This document shows positions 49,121-52,788 of a stretch of DNA of 52,788 nucleotides, in pieces; positions within the stretch are counted from its first letter, which is position 1, and each line of letters begins with the position of its first letter. The notes below the pieces were generated by a model. The model had not been told where the DNA came from. It saw only the letters and a program-made list of their open reading frames with translations, and did not search any database. Made by a program: the position numbers and the translations under genes. Origin of the DNA: Chiloscyllium plagiosum (taxonomy: Eukaryota); NCBI RefSeq assembly GCF_004010195.1, contig NC_057755.1, forward strand, positions 11,370,351-11,423,138, in the 5' to 3' direction.

Positions 49121-49570
49121 TACTCCCTTGTGAAAACAGATATTTCCCTAGGGCCGTATGGCATTGATCCTAAGATTCTCCGGCAAGCTAAGGAGATTAC
49201 AGAACCTTTGACTTTGATCTGTATGTTGTCATTGTCGAAAGGAATTGTGTCAGAAGACTGGAGGATAGCAAATGTTGACCCCTTGTTCAAGAAGGGGAGG
49301 AGAGACAATCCTGGTAACTATAGACCAATTGTGGGTAAAGTGTTGGAAAGTGTTATAAGAGATAGGATTTATAATCATCCAGAAAGGAATATGTCGACTA
49401 GGGATAGGCAATACGGTTTTGAGAAGGGTAGGTCATGCCTCACGAAGCCTATTGAGTTCTTTGAGATGGTGACCAAACAGGTGGATGAGGGTAAAGCGGT
49501 TCATGTGGTGTAAATAGATTTCAGTACAGGATTTGATAAGGTTTCCCGCAGTAGGTTATTACAGAAAATA

Positions 49571-49766
49571 GGAGAAAGTGAGGACTGCAGATGCTGGAGA
49601 TCAGAGTTGAAAATGTGTTGCTGGAAAAGCGCAGCAGGTCAGGCAGCATCCAAGGAGCAAGAGAATCGACTTTTCGGGCATGAGCACTTCTTCAGCTTCC
49701 TGAAGAAGGGCTCATGCACGAAACGTCGATTCTCCTGCTCCTTGGATGCTGCCTGACCTGCTGCGC
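49571..49766. mobile_element. Fold-back PLE terminal-repeat unit with two opposed hammerhead motifs and 14-bp TSD
   Basis: Arms 49628-49695 and 49700-49767; TSD TATTACAGAAAATA at 49557-49570 and 49767-49780. Confidence 0.9.
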
Positions 49767-50889
49767 TATTACAGAAAATATGCAAGCATGGAATTGAGGG
49801 TGATTTAGTGGTTTAGATCAGAAAATGGCTAGCTGAAAGTAGACAGAGCAGGCGGCTGATGGGAAATGCTCAACCTGGAGTTCAGTTAATAGTGGTATAC
49901 CGCAGAAATCTGGTTTGGGGCCAATGCGTTTGTCATTTCTATAAATAACCTGGATGAGGGTAAAGAAGTATGAGTTAGTAAATTTGCAGGTGACACTGGG
50001 TTCAGGGGAGTTGTGGATAGTGCTGAAGGATGTTGCAGGTTACAGAGGGACGTAGATAAGCTGCAGGGTTGGGCTGAGAGGTGGCAAATGGAGTTTAAGT
50101 GTGAGGTGGAAGGAATAACAGAAATAAAGAGAACTGGACAAATGGTAAGATTCTTGGCAGTGTAGATGAGCAGGGAGATCTCGGTGTCCAGGTATACAGA
50201 TCCTTGGAAGTTGCCACCCTGATTAATAGGCTTGTGAAGAAGGCATACAGTGTGTTTGCTTTTATTGGTTGAGGGATTGACTTTCAGAGTCTTGAGATCA
50301 TGTTGCAGCTGTGCAAAACTCTGGTGCAGCCGCAGTTGGAGTATTCATTGCAATGTTCGTTAGAGAGAAGAAGTTTGAGAGGTGACTTAATAGAGGCACA
50401 TAAGAAGATCAGAGGATTAGAGAGGGTGGACAGATGGTGATGGCACAAGGGGCCATCACTTTAATTTGAAGGATGATAGATATAGGACTGATGTCAGAGG
50501 TAGTTTCTTTACTCAGATTGGATAGGGAGAACCTGTTAACCCTGGTACATCGAGAATAAGAGTGTTGATTTCAAGTACATTACAGGAGAAGGGAATGTCA
50601 GGTGAGAAAGAAACTTCACACAGTGAGTGCCATAATTAGATTTGGAATACATTGTGTGGAACACTGGTTTGGGAAGGTTTAGTGAAGGCGTGAGATGATT
50701 GTTTGATGATAAAAAGAATAGGCAAATTAGAAGGAAACATAAGGAGAATGGCCTGCTTCTGTGGGTTAGCCATTCAATGGTTCACAATTGCTCATTGAAT
50801 CACCACACAATCATTTATGAACATCAGGCTAACATCTGCTATTCTGTATGGCCAGTCAGATATGATTAATCAGCTCATTGTTCTGTGAA

Positions 50890-51505
50890 ATTTAATGGCT
50901 GGGGTACTGCTGGGATTGGTACTAAGAAATCAGCTATTGATAATATGTCAATGACATAGATGCGAGAATGCACTGGAATATTTCAAAATTTGCACAAGAC
51001 ATAAAGCTGGGTGGATGGATGTGCTATGAGGAGGATGTAATGTAATCCAGATAGGCTCAATGAGTGGGCAAATGCATAGCAGCTGCGGTTTAGAGTGGAA
51101 AATGTAAGGTTATCCACTTTGGAACAAAAATAGGAAGGCGGATTATTTGAATGGCTGTAAATTTGGATTGGAAATTTACACCAAGCTCTGGGTGTCCTTG
51201 TGTACCAGTCACTGAAATAAAGTGTGCAGGTTCAGCAAGCAGCATCGAAGGCAAACGATATGTTGGTGTTCATAGCGAGAGGATTCAAGGACGGGAACAA
51301 GGCTGTTTTGCTGCAATTATACTGGGCTCTGGTGAGGCCACACTTAAAATACAGTGTGAAGGTTTGGCAGCCTTATTTGGGGAAGGACGCTCTTAATATG
51401 AAGGCAGTGCAGCGAATCCTAGGAATGATAGGACTGCCATACGAGGGCAGATTGAATCGTTTTGGATTGTATTCACTGGACTTTAGAATAATAAGGAGCG
51501 ATCTT
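50890..51505 (+). mobile_element. CR1 ORF2 C-terminal fragment
   Basis: LLQLYWALVRPHLKYSV (ORF 51224..51580). Confidence 0.8.
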
Positions 51506-51889
51506 TCTCACAGCATTCAGAAGTATTCCATAGTGTGCCATCAGAAAATTGGGAAAAAAAGGCTCACAGCTAAAAGCTAGCAGAGTCAGGTGGAAATCAA
51601 TGGTCATTCAGGCTATTCTCTTCTTGAGGTTGGGAGATAAGTGAAAAAAAAAACTCACCATTTAATGATCTGTTCAGATGTTAAACATTGTATTCAGAGC
51701 AGAAGATGGCCACTTGGTCCATAGATCCTGCTGTACCATTTAATCACAACACTGACCATACATTTCAATATCTTCTTTACACTTAAACAATGACTAAGCT
51801 TCCACATCCCTCCAGGGTAGATGGCTTCAAAATCTGTGGGCATCTAATAGGAGGGAGAGCCAGAAAAATGGGGTGTGTGTGCAAAGGGT

Positions 51890-52192
51890 AACACTGTGCT
51901 CACTGCATCAGGGATAGGTTTCTAGCCTCGGGAGAATGTCGGTATGTACATTCTCCGCTTGTCTGCGTGGATTTCGTCCGGATGCTCCAGCTTCCTTCAA
52001 AAGATTTGTAGGTCAGGTGAATTGGCAACGCGAAATTGTCCATAGTGTACAGGGATGTGTAAGTTAGGTGCATTAGCTAGGGAGTATGTAGAGTAATTGG
52101 CTAGGGGAATGGGTCTGGGTGATTTGCCCTTCAAAGCGTCAGTGTGAACTTATTGGACCAAATGGCCAGTTCCAACACTATTGGGATTCTAT
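51890..52192 (+). mobile_element. Old HE1-related SINE
   Basis: ACATTCTCC..GTCTGCGTGGATTTC..GGTGAATTGGC core; GGGATTCTATG tail. Confidence 0.65.
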
Positions 52193-52519
52193 GAAAAAAT
52201 GGTGGAGTAGTGGCACAAAATGTGATGTGGGTGTACAAAAATGGAGGGGGAGCAACATTTCGGAGATGTCAACAGTTGGGAGTGGGTGAGTGAGAAATAT
52301 TGGCGATGGGGGAAGAGTCACCCAGTGTCATGATTTTTGGGGCTGTGAATTCTGAGGGGAGCACAGTCATGGGAGAGGTGCAAAACATCAGGACTGGAAA
52401 ATGGGGGGATGTGATGGCTTACAGAATATTTCTGGGGTACAAAATTGTGGGGGTGCAGTTGCATAATTAGGGTGGATGCAACATTTGTAGAGGCGATAAT
52501 TGGCGAGGGGCCGCAATTT

Positions 52520-52788
52520 CTCAGTAGAGAGCGGCGCGAGCTGGGCGGAAGTGAGGTTGGAGCACAGAGCTGGTCGGGAAGGTAAGTGATTGATATTTGA
52601 ATGGGTGTGTTCTAGACCCAGGCCCTACATAGTAGGGCCTCCCTCCCATCCTCCTCCTCTAATCTAACTTTAAAGTTCACAGGTAAGCTACTCAGTGTTC
52701 TTGTTTGGAGATGAGGTGTAGAGTAATGGCAGCGCAGGCAGTGGAATGTTCCTCCTGCAGGATGTTTGAGGTAGGGGTGACCACCGAT
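52520..52788 (+). mobile_element. 5' UTR and ORF1 start of a CR1 LINE that runs off the window
   Basis: From 52726, MAAQAVECSSCRMFEV is the first half of the CR1 ORF1 N-terminal zinc finger; CpG-containing 5' end. Confidence 0.75.

Larger units (their letters stand above)
46780..50520 (+). mobile_element. CR1 ORF2 (APE to C-terminus) with three nested insertions
   Basis: NARSVQIKVGELAALFGTWDFDVVAISEKW; EDWRIANVDPLFKKG..PGNYRP; GRSCLTK; SKFAGDT. Confidence 0.88.

Overview
This is repeat-dominated eukaryotic DNA from a cartilaginous fish. A shark, probably a carpet/bamboo shark, is inferred from HE1-type tRNA-derived SINEs with (AATCT)n tails and HER1/CR1 LINEs. The only host-gene signal is a TRIM-type RING exon at 365-706, whose B-box is decayed and truncated. 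The rest is nested mobile DNA: many CR1 LINE fragments (one near-full ORF2 at about 38650-41562, and a 5' end with the ORF1 start at 52520-52788), about 9 HE1 SINEs, L2-like fragments, and at least three families of Penelope-like elements (PLEs; Neptune- and Poseidon-type GIY-YIG). There are also three LTR-element remnants: a Gmr1-like Gypsy, a gag-only element with a tRNA-Arg PBS, and a class I ERV pol fragment. The most notable signal is about 20 minimal type I hammerhead ribozyme motifs, intact or decayed, in the PLE terminal repeats, with helix covariation across families. Several sit in about 200-bp TSD-flanked fold-back units centred on the ribozyme core. Other oddities are a near-perfect nested inverted duplication at 42190-42885 and a tandem GC-box/CCAAT-box array split by TE insertions at 16340-17520. 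A 605-nt N gap lies at 15085-15689. All family calls come from motif recognition by eye, not from database searches, and boundaries of decayed repeats are approximate.
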